Below are positions 10,336 to 19,634 of a DNA stretch of 64,000 nt, piece by piece; the first letter of the stretch is position 1, and every line of letters begins with the position of its first letter. The stretch lies in contig OZ241855.1 in the NCBI GenBank assembly GCA_965202785.1, positions 640,001-704,000 of the forward strand, in the 5' to 3' direction. The position numbers and the translations under genes are program-made. The notes under the pieces were generated by a model. That model did not search any database and was not told the origin of the DNA. It worked only from the letters and a program-made list of their open reading frames with translations. This stretch comes from Thermodesulfobacteriota bacterium (GTDB lineage: Bacteria > Desulfobacterota_D > UBA1144 > Nemesobacterales > Nemesobacteraceae).

Positions 10336-12951
10336 CTAGCTCACCGCTGATATAAGAGAATCCTCTATCTTTTTGAGTTTCTTGGCACCGCTTATCTTGC
10401 GCCCTCTCGAGTCACGCACGTAAAACGTATCGGCAACCTGATCCGCCCTGGTCGAAATCTTGGCGTAGTCAATCGAAAGTTCCATCTCGGCAATTGTTTT
10501 CGTGATGCTGTAGAGAAGTCCTTCCCGGTCATGGGCATAAACCTCTATCACGGTCGCCTTATCCGAAGACTCGTTGTCAAACACGATTTCCGGAGGATAC
10601 TCGGGAACCTTTCTTCCGTAGGAGGAATAGTTTCTCTTCCTCCTCTCAACCAGCTCGTCAACCTCAACATCCCCGTCAAGCGCCTTCCTGAGGTTTTTGT
10701 CAACCTTTTTCCACACCTCTCCATACTCCTCTTCGGTCAGGTAATCGGTCCTCTCCACATAGAAGATGTCAAAAGCCTTCTTGTCGAGCGTGGTTACGAT
10801 TCTTGCCCCCAGAATATTGAGTCCGTTCGCACTCAGAACCCCGCAAAACACCGAGAATATCCCTTTTTTGTCGGGAGCGCAGATTGTAAATTCGTCGTAT
10901 TCCTCGTAGCGGATCACCTCCGTCGCGAACTTCCCCTCAATGGAATTGAGCAACTTCACGTGGCGTAAGATGTTCTGTCTTGAAAACTGGCTGAAATAGG
11001 AAACCGGCATCTTTTTCAATATTTTCGTCACCTTGCGCTCGGGAATCTCTCCGTCGGCGTCGGCCACTATGTCCGAGGTCATCTTCTGCATCCATTCCTC
11101 GTCGGTTTTACGCCGGTACGTGCCCGCCGACATCTGCCGGAGGGTCTTCACGTAGAGTTCCTGGAGCAGCATTCCCGTCCAGTCCTTCCACACGTCGGGA
11201 CCGACCGATCTTATGTCCGCGAAAGTGAGCAGGTAGAGAAGAGAAAGTGTTTCCTGGTCAGGAATGGACTTGGCCAGCCGATTCAGAACGACCGGATCGT
11301 CAAGATCCCTTCTCTGGGAGAAATGAACCATGGCCAGATGATGTCTCACCAGAAATTCAAGCTGCTCCGCGTCGGAGGCCCCAAGACCCATCCTCTCGGC
11401 TATCTTCGGGATCATGGCAGCCCCTTTCTGCGCGTGGCTTCCCCCCTGGCCCTTCCCCATGTCGTGGAAAAGGCAGGCGAGATAAAGAACATGTCTTTTC
11501 ACCAGGGTTTCGGCGACTTTGGTGAGAAAGGGAAATTTCTCCTCGTATCCGTAGTTTATAAGCCTTTCGATTTCCCTGATCATGAATATGGAGTGTACAT
11601 CGACTGTATAGACGTGGTAGGAATCAAACTGCACCATGCAGACTATTTTCCCGAATTCCGGAATGAAGCGGCCCAGAAGGCGCAATTCGTTCATCTTGAG
11701 CAGCATTTTCGAGACATCCTTTCCGAAACGCAGAAGCCTCAGGAATATCCTGTTGAACTCCGGGTCGTTTCGGACTTTTTCGTCTATGCGGGTTGCGTGT
11801 TCACCTATGAGAAGTTCGAGGTATTCGGTGAATTCGACCGAGTGGCGGTCAGCGTATTCAAACGCGCGCAGGAAATTGCAGAAGTCCTCGCTGAAAACGT
11901 TTCTGCTCGTCACGGAGAGATATTTGCCCTGTATCGTAAACCCGTGGTCAAGATGAACGGCCTTTTTGGTGAGTCTTCTCCGCGCGTAGACCCTCGTGCA
12001 CTTTTCCGTCAGCCTTCGGGACTGCTGTACCACCACCGCGGCGCGGAGGTAATAGATTCTCATGAATTTTTCCACCGCACGGAGCTTTCCCTCCCTGTAA
12101 CCGAAGGATTTCGCTACCTGGGTCTGAAGGTCGAAACTCAGGTTGTCCTCCCTTTTTTTTGCCTGGTAATGCAGCTGCGCTCGCACGAGCAGAAGGAAGT
12201 TAAGGCATTTGCGCATCACCCTGTACTCCTTCTCCGAGACGAACCCCCTCTGGAGCACTTCCTCGAAACTTTTGGCCTTGTAGTTCGCCTGTGCTATCCA
12301 CATCGCCGTCTGGAACTCCCTGAGCCCTCCCCTTCCCTCCTTAACGTTAGGCTCGAGGATGTAGAGGGTTTTTCCGTATCTCTCCCCCCTTGTGTCCCTT
12401 TCATCTATTTTTCTCCTTATGAAATCGTGTGAAATCTTGGGGAGCACCTCGCCGTAAATTTCATTTTCAAGCTCGTCGTAAAGAGCCCCGTCCCCGCATA
12501 TGAACCTCGAGTCGAGAAGAGAACTCAGGATGGTAACGTCGTTTCTGTCCATCGAGAGCTCCCTGCACTCCTCAAGGCTTCTCGTGCAGTTCCCCACATC
12601 CATCTTCGTGTCCCAGAGAAGGTAAAGGAGCTTCTCCACTACCTCCTCGGCCAAGTCCTTCGAGCCTTTTTTGTGAAGAAAAAGAAGGTCTATGTCGGAG
12701 TACGGGGAAAGCTCCTCCCTGCCGTAACCCCCGAGAGCCACTATGGAGACGCCTTTGAGTTCCGGGTAACCGTACCGCGAAAGGGCGCGCTTGATGAACT
12801 CGTCCACGACTGCGGTCCTCTCTCGGGCAAGCTCGTAGCCTATGAGGGCCTTGTTTTTCCTGCTCCTCGCGTAATGGCGCCTGCGTATATGCTCGTAGGA
12901 GTCCGTAAAGAAAGCCAGAAGCTCGTTTTCAGTGGTCTCAAGTTCTTTCAC
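10336..12951 (-). CDS. glnD: [Protein-PII] uridylyltransferase / uridylyl-removing enzyme
   Basis: ALGGYGREELSPYSDIDLL, EPNVKEGRGGLRE, HVYTVDVHS, HDMGKG (HD domain) and two C-terminal ACT domains. Confidence 0.96.
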   Translation of the reverse strand: MKELETTENELLAFFTDSYEHIRRRHYARSRKNKALIGYELARERTAVVDEFIKRALSRYGYPELKGVSIVALGGYGREELSPYSDIDLLFLHKKGSKDLAEEVVEKLLYLLWDTKMDVGNCTRSLEECRELSMDRNDVTILSSLLDSRFICGDGALYDELENEIYGEVLPKISHDFIRRKIDERDTRGERYGKTLYILEPNVKEGRGGLREFQTAMWIAQANYKAKSFEEVLQRGFVSEKEYRVMRKCLNFLLLVRAQLHYQAKKREDNLSFDLQTQVAKSFGYREGKLRAVEKFMRIYYLRAAVVVQQSRRLTEKCTRVYARRRLTKKAVHLDHGFTIQGKYLSVTSRNVFSEDFCNFLRAFEYADRHSVEFTEYLELLIGEHATRIDEKVRNDPEFNRIFLRLLRFGKDVSKMLLKMNELRLLGRFIPEFGKIVCMVQFDSYHVYTVDVHSIFMIREIERLINYGYEEKFPFLTKVAETLVKRHVLYLACLFHDMGKGQGGSHAQKGAAMIPKIAERMGLGASDAEQLEFLVRHHLAMVHFSQRRDLDDPVVLNRLAKSIPDQETLSLLYLLTFADIRSVGPDVWKDWTGMLLQELYVKTLRQMSAGTYRRKTDEEWMQKMTSDIVADADGEIPERKVTKILKKMPVSYFSQFSRQNILRHVKLLNSIEGKFATEVIRYEEYDEFTICAPDKKGIFSVFCGVLSANGLNILGARIVTTLDKKAFDIFYVERTDYLTEEEYGEVWKKVDKNLRKALDGDVEVDELVERRKRNYSSYGRKVPEYPPEIVFDNESSDKATVIEVYAHDREGLLYSITKTIAEMELSIDYAKISTRADQVADTFYVRDSRGRKISGAKKLKKIEDSLISAVS

Positions 12952-12978
12952 TTTGGAATCCCGGGAAACAAATACCCT

Positions 12979-13620
12979 TTAAATCCTGACACTTAGCGCC
13001 ACCCCGTCGCGAAGGGGAACCACCGTGGAGAAAAACTCCGGGTCCGAGAACAAAAGCCGGTTAAACTCCAAGACTCCTTCGGTGCTCTCAGAACCTCCGC
13101 CGCTCAAAACCCTCCCTCCCCAAAGCACGTTATCGGTAATAAGCATCCCCCCGGGGTTAAGCTTCTCCCGCGCAAGCTCAATAACCCGCGGGTAGTTCTC
13201 CTTGTCTATGTCATTGAATATCATATCAAATTTACGGTCCGAATTCGCCAGTACTTCGAGCGCGTCTCCGCAGACAAAGCGGAGCTTGTGAATCTGCCCG
13301 GCCCGCGTGAAGTACCCGCGCGCCGCCTCCGCGTTTTCCTCAAGCCAGTCCGTGCAGGTTACCACGCCTCCGTCACCCAGAAAAAGGGAGAACCAAAGAG
13401 CCGAGTACCCGAAACCGGAACCCATCTCGAAAATGCTCTGCGGCCTGCGCAGAAGGCATATCTGCGAAAAAAACCTTCCCACAAGAGGCCCCACTATTTT
13501 CACGTCGCTTCCCTCCGCCCGCTTTTCCATGTCGTGGAAAACCTCATGGACGCGGGGGTAGAGAGAGAGAATGTAATCTTCGATCTCGGGGTTTGTTATA
13601 GCTGCGCCTTCGTCCATCAC
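12979..13620 (-). CDS. Class I SAM-dependent O-methyltransferase (CCoAOMT/YrrM-like)
   Basis: EMGSGFGYSA, FDMIFNDIDKENY, GGMLITDNVLW and PLRDGV. Confidence 0.88.
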   Translation of the reverse strand: MMDEGAAITNPEIEDYILSLYPRVHEVFHDMEKRAEGSDVKIVGPLVGRFFSQICLLRRPQSIFEMGSGFGYSALWFSLFLGDGGVVTCTDWLEENAEAARGYFTRAGQIHKLRFVCGDALEVLANSDRKFDMIFNDIDKENYPRVIELAREKLNPGGMLITDNVLWGGRVLSGGGSESTEGVLEFNRLLFSDPEFFSTVVPLRDGVALSVRI

Positions 13621-14192
13621 CCGCCCTCGCCCCGCCCGAAATCAACGAAGATCTCCCCCGTCCCCGCAGTCTTGTTCTCCACCCTTGCAAGAACGAAAAG
13701 AAGATCCGAGAGGCGGTTAAGGTAAACCAGGATCTCCTCTCCCTCCTCCGAGTCTCCGAAGAGCGCATCAACGCCTCTCTCGGCCCTTCTGCACACCGTG
13801 CGGGCAAGATGAAGCCAGGCGGCACCCTCCGCCCCTCCCGGCAGAACGAACTCCCTAAGCTCCCCGACCTCAGGCAAAAACTCATCTATCCGTTCCTCTA
13901 GCCGCTTCGCCATCCCCGCGGTCACCCTCGGCGGGGAAAAAGTCGAATCCCGCGGGGTTGCCAAGTCGCTTCCCACGGTGAAAAGCGCGTTCTGTATTTC
14001 CCGCAGAAGCTTCTTAACCCTGGGATCGACCGCTTTTGTGCAGGCAACTCCCAGAACCGAGTTAAGCTCGTCCACCTCGCCGTACGCGTTGACCCTCGGT
14101 GATGATTTTCTCACCCTTTTTCCGCCAAGAAGCGAGGTTTTCCCGTCATCTCCAAGACCAGTGTAGACAGTAGTTATTCTCTTTTTAGGCAT
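13617..14192 (-). CDS. PduO-type cob(I)alamin adenosyltransferase
   Basis: VYTGLGDDGKTSL, YGEVDELNS, FVLPGG, LARTVCRRAER and YLNRLSDLLF; probable ATG at 14192. Confidence 0.92.
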   Translation of the reverse strand: MPKKRITTVYTGLGDDGKTSLLGGKRVRKSSPRVNAYGEVDELNSVLGVACTKAVDPRVKKLLREIQNALFTVGSDLATPRDSTFSPPRVTAGMAKRLEERIDEFLPEVGELREFVLPGGAEGAAWLHLARTVCRRAERGVDALFGDSEEGEEILVYLNRLSDLLFVLARVENKTAGTGEIFVDFGRGEGG

Positions 14193-14336
14193 TTGAAAAA
14201 ATTTTAACCGTCCTCCTGCGAGCTTCAATTGCGGTTTAAATCTCCGCCCCCTTGCCGGACATCCCAAGCGCCTTGCCCGCCGCTTTAAATCATGTTAGTT
14301 TTTAATTTCCGGCTTTAACCAGTGAGGAGGTTCGGA

Positions 14337-14813
14337 GTGCCTTTTCCCCCCGGGCTTAGAGACAAGATACAAGAAATAGCGGATGACCACGAAACCAGGC
14401 TTTCGGCGCTTATTCCCGTCCTGCGGGAAGTGCAGAACGAATTCGGCTGGCTGTCCACCGAATCCATGGAAGAAGTCGCCGAGGCGCTCGACATTCCTGC
14501 CTCTTCGGTTCAGAACGTTGCGTCATTTTACACCATGTTTTTCACAGAACCCGTGGGAGCGCACGTTATGTGGCTCTGCAGAACCCTTTCCTGCGCACTT
14601 CGCGGAGCCGAGGGTCTGGAGCATCACCTCTGCAAGCGCCTGGGGGTAAAAACCGGTGAAACGACGGCCGACGGGAAAATAACCTTTCTCGAAGCGGAAT
14701 GTCTTGCCTCCTGCGGCACCGCCCCCGCAATGCTCGTGGACGATACCCTTTACGAGAATCTTAACGAATCGGAAGTTGACAGAATAGTTGATGAAATCAG
14801 GAAAAAGGGATGA
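14337..14813 (+). CDS. nuoE: NADH-quinone oxidoreductase subunit E (2Fe-2S)
   Basis: VASFYTMF, CRTLSC and ECLASCGTAP cysteine motifs; GTG at 14337 follows GAGGAGG. Confidence 0.9.
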   Translation: MPFPPGLRDKIQEIADDHETRLSALIPVLREVQNEFGWLSTESMEEVAEALDIPASSVQNVASFYTMFFTEPVGAHVMWLCRTLSCALRGAEGLEHHLCKRLGVKTGETTADGKITFLEAECLASCGTAPAMLVDDTLYENLNESEVDRIVDEIRKKG

Positions 14814-16138
14814 GCGAGAAACTGAGAAAGGACGCGAGAGAGCTTTTTGACCAGGCGCTGAGAGAAGCCGACCCGGGAAAATGCGTCCTGGAGCATATTA
14901 AGCTCAAGGGCAGACAACTCAAGGTCGGAGGGAAGAGCTTTGATCTCTCCGATTTCGAGTCGGTGTACGTCGTGGCCTTCGGAAAGGCCGCGTCCTCCAT
15001 GGCCGCGGCGCTTGAGGAGCTTCTCGGAGAGCGGATAACCGGGGGAATCGTGGTATCGAACGTCCGTTCCGAGCAGGCTTTTCAGAAAATGGATTTTCAT
15101 CTCTCCTCCCACCCGGTACCGGATGAAAAAAGCGTCGAGGCGGCAAAAAAAGCAGTCTCCCTTCTCGAAAGATCAGGAGAGAAGGATCTCGTGATCTTCC
15201 TTATATCGGGAGGCGGAAGCTCGATACTCGCGATGCCAAGTGAAGGGCTCACCATAGGGGATAAAAGAGCGGTGACCCAGAGGCTGATGCTGAGCGGGGT
15301 CGACACCTACGGCCTTAACACCGTGAGGAAGAAAATGTCGCAGACAAAAGGAGGAGGACTTCTTAAAAAAGCCCTGCCCTCGCGGGTCATCACGCTGATT
15401 CTCTCGGACGTCGTGGGCGACCGGCTTGAATTCATAGCTTCGGGACCCACGGTTCCCGACACTACGACCTACGAGGACGCGTGGCGGGTCATAGAGGCGC
15501 TTGAGCTTGAGCACAAAATCCCCCCGAGGGTGGTGGTGCATCTTGAGAGAGGCAGGGGAAATAACACTTCTCCAACGATGGACCGCGAGCAGTACGAACG
15601 GAGCGGAGCCACCACGGTTGTCGTCGGAAACAATCACAAAGCAATAATCTCGATGGAGAAGATGGCGAAGAAAATGGGATACAACACGCTTTTTCTCTCT
15701 TCACAGATATCCGGAGAGGCGAGGGAAGTAGCCAAGGTGCTCGCGGGAATCTCCTTTGACGTAAAAAGGTTCGGGAGGCCGGTTAAGAAACCCGCCTGCA
15801 TACTTTTCGGGGGAGAGACAACCGTTAACGTAACGGGGCGGGGCCGCGGCGGGCGCAACACCGAGACCGCCCTTTCCTTCTGCTTTGAGATAATAGGAAG
15901 CAGTGGAATCGTGGGGCTTTTCGCCGGAACTGACGGAATAGACGGTCCCACAGACGCCGCCGGGGCAATATGCGACGGGGAATCACGCCTGATAGCAAGA
16001 TCCATGGGTATAAGCGCGAGAGACCATCTTGCCGACAACGATTCGTACTCTTTCTTCGAAACCCTGGGCGATCTTATAAAAACCGGAAGCACGGGAACGA
16101 ACGTCATGGACGTGGGAGTGGTTCTGATAGGAGAATGA
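14810..16138 (+). CDS. Glycerate 2-kinase / hydroxypyruvate reductase (TtuD/GckA, MOFRL family)
   Basis: FGKAASSMA, SHPVPD, LISGGGSS, SDVVGD, IASGPT, GGETTV, GRGGRN, TDGIDG and TGTNVMD. Confidence 0.93.
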   Translation: MSEKLRKDARELFDQALREADPGKCVLEHIKLKGRQLKVGGKSFDLSDFESVYVVAFGKAASSMAAALEELLGERITGGIVVSNVRSEQAFQKMDFHLSSHPVPDEKSVEAAKKAVSLLERSGEKDLVIFLISGGGSSILAMPSEGLTIGDKRAVTQRLMLSGVDTYGLNTVRKKMSQTKGGGLLKKALPSRVITLILSDVVGDRLEFIASGPTVPDTTTYEDAWRVIEALELEHKIPPRVVVHLERGRGNNTSPTMDREQYERSGATTVVVGNNHKAIISMEKMAKKMGYNTLFLSSQISGEAREVAKVLAGISFDVKRFGRPVKKPACILFGGETTVNVTGRGRGGRNTETALSFCFEIIGSSGIVGLFAGTDGIDGPTDAAGAICDGESRLIARSMGISARDHLADNDSYSFFETLGDLIKTGSTGTNVMDVGVVLIGE

Positions 16139-16178
16139 AAAGCCATCGGACAGGTGGAACAGGAAAAAACCTCGAACG

Positions 16179-17534
16179 ATGGAAAGTCTGACGAAATCAC
16201 CCCTTCCGAGCAACGAGGAGGCAGAGCGCGCGGTACTGGGTTCTGTGCTCATCGAAAGCAGCTCGATAAACCAGGTCCTGGAAATTCTTATAGCCGAGGA
16301 TTTCTATAACGAAAGCCACTCCAAGATAATGAACTCCATGATAGATCTTGACAGGGAGGGCACCCCCATCGACGTTCTCACCCTGTATGAGTGGATGAGC
16401 TCCAAGGGAACCGTAGAAGAAGTCGGGGGAGCCGCCTACCTCACCTATCTGGTCTCAACCGTTCCCACGGCGGGAAACGTCGCCCATTACGCGAGGATAG
16501 TAAAAGACAAGTCCGTTCTGAGAAAACTGGTGCTCACCGCAACCGACATAGCGCACCGCGGGTACGGAACCGATATCGAGGTTGACGAGTTCCTGGACAG
16601 GGCGGAGCAGTCAATCCTCGATATCGCCCAGAACAAGATAAAGCCAAGCTTCTGGCACTCGAGGGAGCTTGCGCCGGTGGCTATAGACAATATCGAGCAG
16701 CTCTACAAGAAAAAGGAGCTCATAACCGGCATAAGAACCGGCTTTGAGAAACTCGATCACCTGACCTCGGGTCTTCAGAAATCAGACCTCGTGATAATTG
16801 CCGCGCGCCCGGGGGCGGGAAAAACATCGCTCTGCCTTAACATAATAAGCAACGCCGCATTGAACGAAGACCTCTCAGTCGCCATGTTCTCGCTTGAGAT
16901 GACGAAAGAGCAGCTCATGATGAGACTTCTTTCCATAAACTCCAAAGTCAGTTTTTCGGCGATGCGAAGCGGGTACATAAGAGATGATGACCTGGAGAAA
17001 CTGTTTGATTCAGCCGAGAGGTACGCGAGCGCAAGCATCTTCATAGACGATACCCCGGCACTCACGGTACTTGAGATAAGGGCAAAGGCGAGACGGCTGA
17101 AAAAGGACAACCGCCTCGATCTGATCGTGGTCGACTATCTGCAGCTCATGAGAGGCAGTTCGAGAAATGAGACCCGGGAGAGGGAAATAGCGGAGATCTC
17201 GGGCGCCCTGAAGGCGCTTGCCAAGGAACTTGACGTTCCGGTAATAGGAATCTCGCAGCTAAGCCGGCAGACCGAAACCAGAACCGACCGCCGTCCCCAG
17301 CTCTCAGACCTCAGGGAAAGCGGCGCCATAGAACAGGACGCAGACGTAGTGCTTTTCATTCACCGCCAGGACATATACAGAAAAAATCCCGAAGAAAGAG
17401 ATGGTATGGCGGAACTCATAATCGGAAAGCAGAGAAACGGGCCCACGGGCGCGGTGAAGCTGGTGTTTTTGGAGCAAAACGGGGTTCCGAGCTTCGAGAA
17501 TCCTTCGGACGAATTCGAAGAGGGATTTGTCTAG
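16179..17534 (+). CDS. dnaB: Replicative DNA helicase
   Basis: EAERAVLGS, AARPGAGKT Walker A, FSLEM, VDYLQLM, SQLSR, SDLRESGAIEQDAD and KQRNGPTG; no intein. Confidence 0.98.
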   Translation: MESLTKSPLPSNEEAERAVLGSVLIESSSINQVLEILIAEDFYNESHSKIMNSMIDLDREGTPIDVLTLYEWMSSKGTVEEVGGAAYLTYLVSTVPTAGNVAHYARIVKDKSVLRKLVLTATDIAHRGYGTDIEVDEFLDRAEQSILDIAQNKIKPSFWHSRELAPVAIDNIEQLYKKKELITGIRTGFEKLDHLTSGLQKSDLVIIAARPGAGKTSLCLNIISNAALNEDLSVAMFSLEMTKEQLMMRLLSINSKVSFSAMRSGYIRDDDLEKLFDSAERYASASIFIDDTPALTVLEIRAKARRLKKDNRLDLIVVDYLQLMRGSSRNETREREIAEISGALKALAKELDVPVIGISQLSRQTETRTDRRPQLSDLRESGAIEQDADVVLFIHRQDIYRKNPEERDGMAELIIGKQRNGPTGAVKLVFLEQNGVPSFENPSDEFEEGFV

Positions 17535-18163
17535 ACTATGAAGGGCTTTACGACCGCCTTGGATTTTGACTCCTCAAGGTAGAGGGCGGGGGAGCGCTGC
17601 CAGGCGACGAATTTTTCGTGGATTTCCGCGAATTTTTGCCTGACCGAGGTCCAGTGAAAATCCCAGTCGTAGTTCTTCGGTCTGTCTGAAAAAAACATTT
17701 CGGAGAATATGGCGCTTTGCTCCGGAAGTCCCTTCTCCGCAATCCAGCCCGTTCTCACGTTCGCGTAGCCGCTGGCAAACCCCATAGCCAGCGTTCCCTC
17801 GAGGCCGAGTCTCAGCGCCGCCGCGTTCACAAGCTCGACATAGACATAGAGGGCTTCTGTCGTGCGGTAGTTCTTCTCCGGGAACTTTTCCCGGAACTCG
17901 CGCAGGTTCCCCACGAGATACATCGGATAATAGGTAGGAGAGTAAACCGAAACGGATTTCGTCGCACTCCCAAGCGGCTCGCGCGTTATCGTTTCCCCGG
18001 AGATTGTCCCGAGCATGAAATCATCCCCGCAGTAATCCCCCGTATCCCCGCAAAGAGCCAGGGAAACCCTTATTTTCTCCCATTCCTCTCTGGCGATCTC
18101 GCTCGCCCGCTCTATCTTGCTGGCTGTCTCGTCGGCTAAAACAAGTTCTTCAAGTGAAGGCAT
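17531..18163 (-). CDS. Hypothetical protein
   Basis: 210-aa ORF with host-like composition, GGAGGAG upstream, third gene of a minus-strand run; no family recognised. Confidence 0.7.
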   Translation of the reverse strand: MPSLEELVLADETASKIERASEIAREEWEKIRVSLALCGDTGDYCGDDFMLGTISGETITREPLGSATKSVSVYSPTYYPMYLVGNLREFREKFPEKNYRTTEALYVYVELVNAAALRLGLEGTLAMGFASGYANVRTGWIAEKGLPEQSAIFSEMFFSDRPKNYDWDFHWTSVRQKFAEIHEKFVAWQRSPALYLEESKSKAVVKPFIV

Positions 18164-18225
18164 CTCGAACGAAAATTCTCCTCCGCTTCAATATACATAT
18201 ACCGGGGGATTTATCAAAAAAACGC

Positions 18226-18609
18226 CTAAGGCAAAAACCTTTCCCTCTCCTCGGCGGACGGCACGCGGCATGCGTCCCGTTTTCCGAAAATACTGTAGCG
18301 GTTCCTCGATACAATTCCGTAAAAATAGTCTTTTACAGGACGGGGGACACAGATCAGGAGTGCGGGAAGTGTCCAGAGACCTCCAAGCCTTCTGAGAACC
18401 AGCAGAACTGCGTCAGCTCCCTCGTAAACCCCTTCTTCATCAGCGTAGGCTATCTTCCAATCGCGCGGGGGTTCGTCCTGATACAGTGAGAACTCAACGG
18501 CTGTCTTTCCTTGCACGGGGGAAAAGAGTATTTCCCGGCGGCTGTCCGTACGGATGACGAAATCAACAAACCTGTTGCATCCCCCGCACACGCCGTCAAA
18601 AAAAATCAC
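18226..18609 (-). CDS. DCC1/YuxK-family thiol-disulfide oxidoreductase
   Basis: IFFDGVCGGC (DxxCxxC) motif; YGIVSRNRYSIFGKRDACRVP...ERFL terminus. Confidence 0.9.
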   Translation of the reverse strand: MIFFDGVCGGCNRFVDFVIRTDSRREILFSPVQGKTAVEFSLYQDEPPRDWKIAYADEEGVYEGADAVLLVLRRLGGLWTLPALLICVPRPVKDYFYGIVSRNRYSIFGKRDACRVPSAEERERFLP

Positions 18610-18643
18610 AGGTTTTTCTGATCCCGGAATTTCTGTCTCCCGT

Positions 18644-19117
18644 TTACGTAAGCTCCCGTATCAGGGTTTCGTGCTGGGGAAATCTCAGCAGAAGATTCTC
18701 CTGCACGCCCAGTTCGAAATCCTCAAACTCAAACCCGGGGGCCATCGTAGTTCCCATAAAAGCGTATCCGTACTCTCCCTCCACCACCATCGCACCCTGC
18801 CAGGTTCCCTTGGGAACCACGAGCTGGGTCCTCTGGCCGGAGGGAAGATTGTCGCCCATGAACACTATCCTCGACTCTCCAGTAGGATAGAGAAGCAGCA
18901 TCTGGACGGGATCGCCGAAGTAAAAATGAAAAATCTCGTCCGAATTCACTCTGTGCATCTTGGAATTCGCCTCTGAGGTTATAAGGTAGAAAATAGCAGT
19001 TGAAAGATTACGGTCTTCTCCGGCCATTTCATCGCTTCTGTAAGTTTCCTTGTAGTATCCTCCCTCGCCGGGAAGCTTTTTCAGACCGAGTCTCTGTATA
19101 AGGTGATCGGCTCTCAT
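18644..19117 (-). CDS. Cupin_5 (DUF985/YML079w-like) protein
   Basis: LGLKKLPGEGGYYKETYRS, STAIFYL, HRVNSDEIFHFYFG, VVPKGTWQ and APGFEFEDFEL. Confidence 0.9.
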   Translation of the reverse strand: MRADHLIQRLGLKKLPGEGGYYKETYRSDEMAGEDRNLSTAIFYLITSEANSKMHRVNSDEIFHFYFGDPVQMLLLYPTGESRIVFMGDNLPSGQRTQLVVPKGTWQGAMVVEGEYGYAFMGTTMAPGFEFEDFELGVQENLLLRFPQHETLIRELT

Positions 19118-19210
19118 GGATTTTCCTCCAGCAAAATTGTTAAAATCAAAGCAGCAATATAATATAATACGTCAGGACAATTTAACCATACAAAAACGGG
19201 GGATATTAAA

Positions 19211-19612
19211 ATGTCAGAAGAAGACACAAAGCCGCAAGAGGGAACAGAGTCGGAAGAGGGAGTAGAGGACAACTTCATGAACTCCATAAACATGGCCTTT
19301 AACCTCGGGGTAGCGGCCCACCAGGAGTCCGGTCAGTCAAAAAGCGTCGTAGAGATCGCGACCGAAATGGGGAACCAGATATACCAGAATTTCGCACAGG
19401 CATACGGCGGCGAGATAAACGAGTCCTTTCTCAAGGCAAACACCGAATACTTTCTCCAGATAGCGCTTATGGGATACATAATCCCGGGAGTGTGCGCCTT
19501 TGACAACGACTTTAAGCAGAGACTGTTTGATCTTGTCTACGCCAGAGCCAGGCAGAACCAGCAGAGACAAAGCGAAGGGGGATCCCAGGGCGGAAGCAGG
19601 ATAATAACCTGA
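19211..19612 (+). CDS. Hypothetical protein
   Basis: 133-aa ORF with an acidic N-terminus, directly upstream of the nitrilase. Confidence 0.7.
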   Translation: MSEEDTKPQEGTESEEGVEDNFMNSINMAFNLGVAAHQESGQSKSVVEIATEMGNQIYQNFAQAYGGEINESFLKANTEYFLQIALMGYIIPGVCAFDNDFKQRLFDLVYARARQNQQRQSEGGSQGGSRIIT

Positions 19613-19634
19613 GTACGCCTGCGGCCCGAGGCTC

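Noticed and set aside
11323-12432. 369-aa plus-strand ORF, and similar long antisense ORFs at 31146-32105, 26809-27723 and 44383-45237
   Set aside because: They lie opposite well-supported genes (glnD, mazG/peptidase, cmk/aroA, ADC-like) and have no recognisable motifs.
16179-17534. Possible intein in dnaB
   Set aside because: Length (451 aa) and motif spacing are normal.
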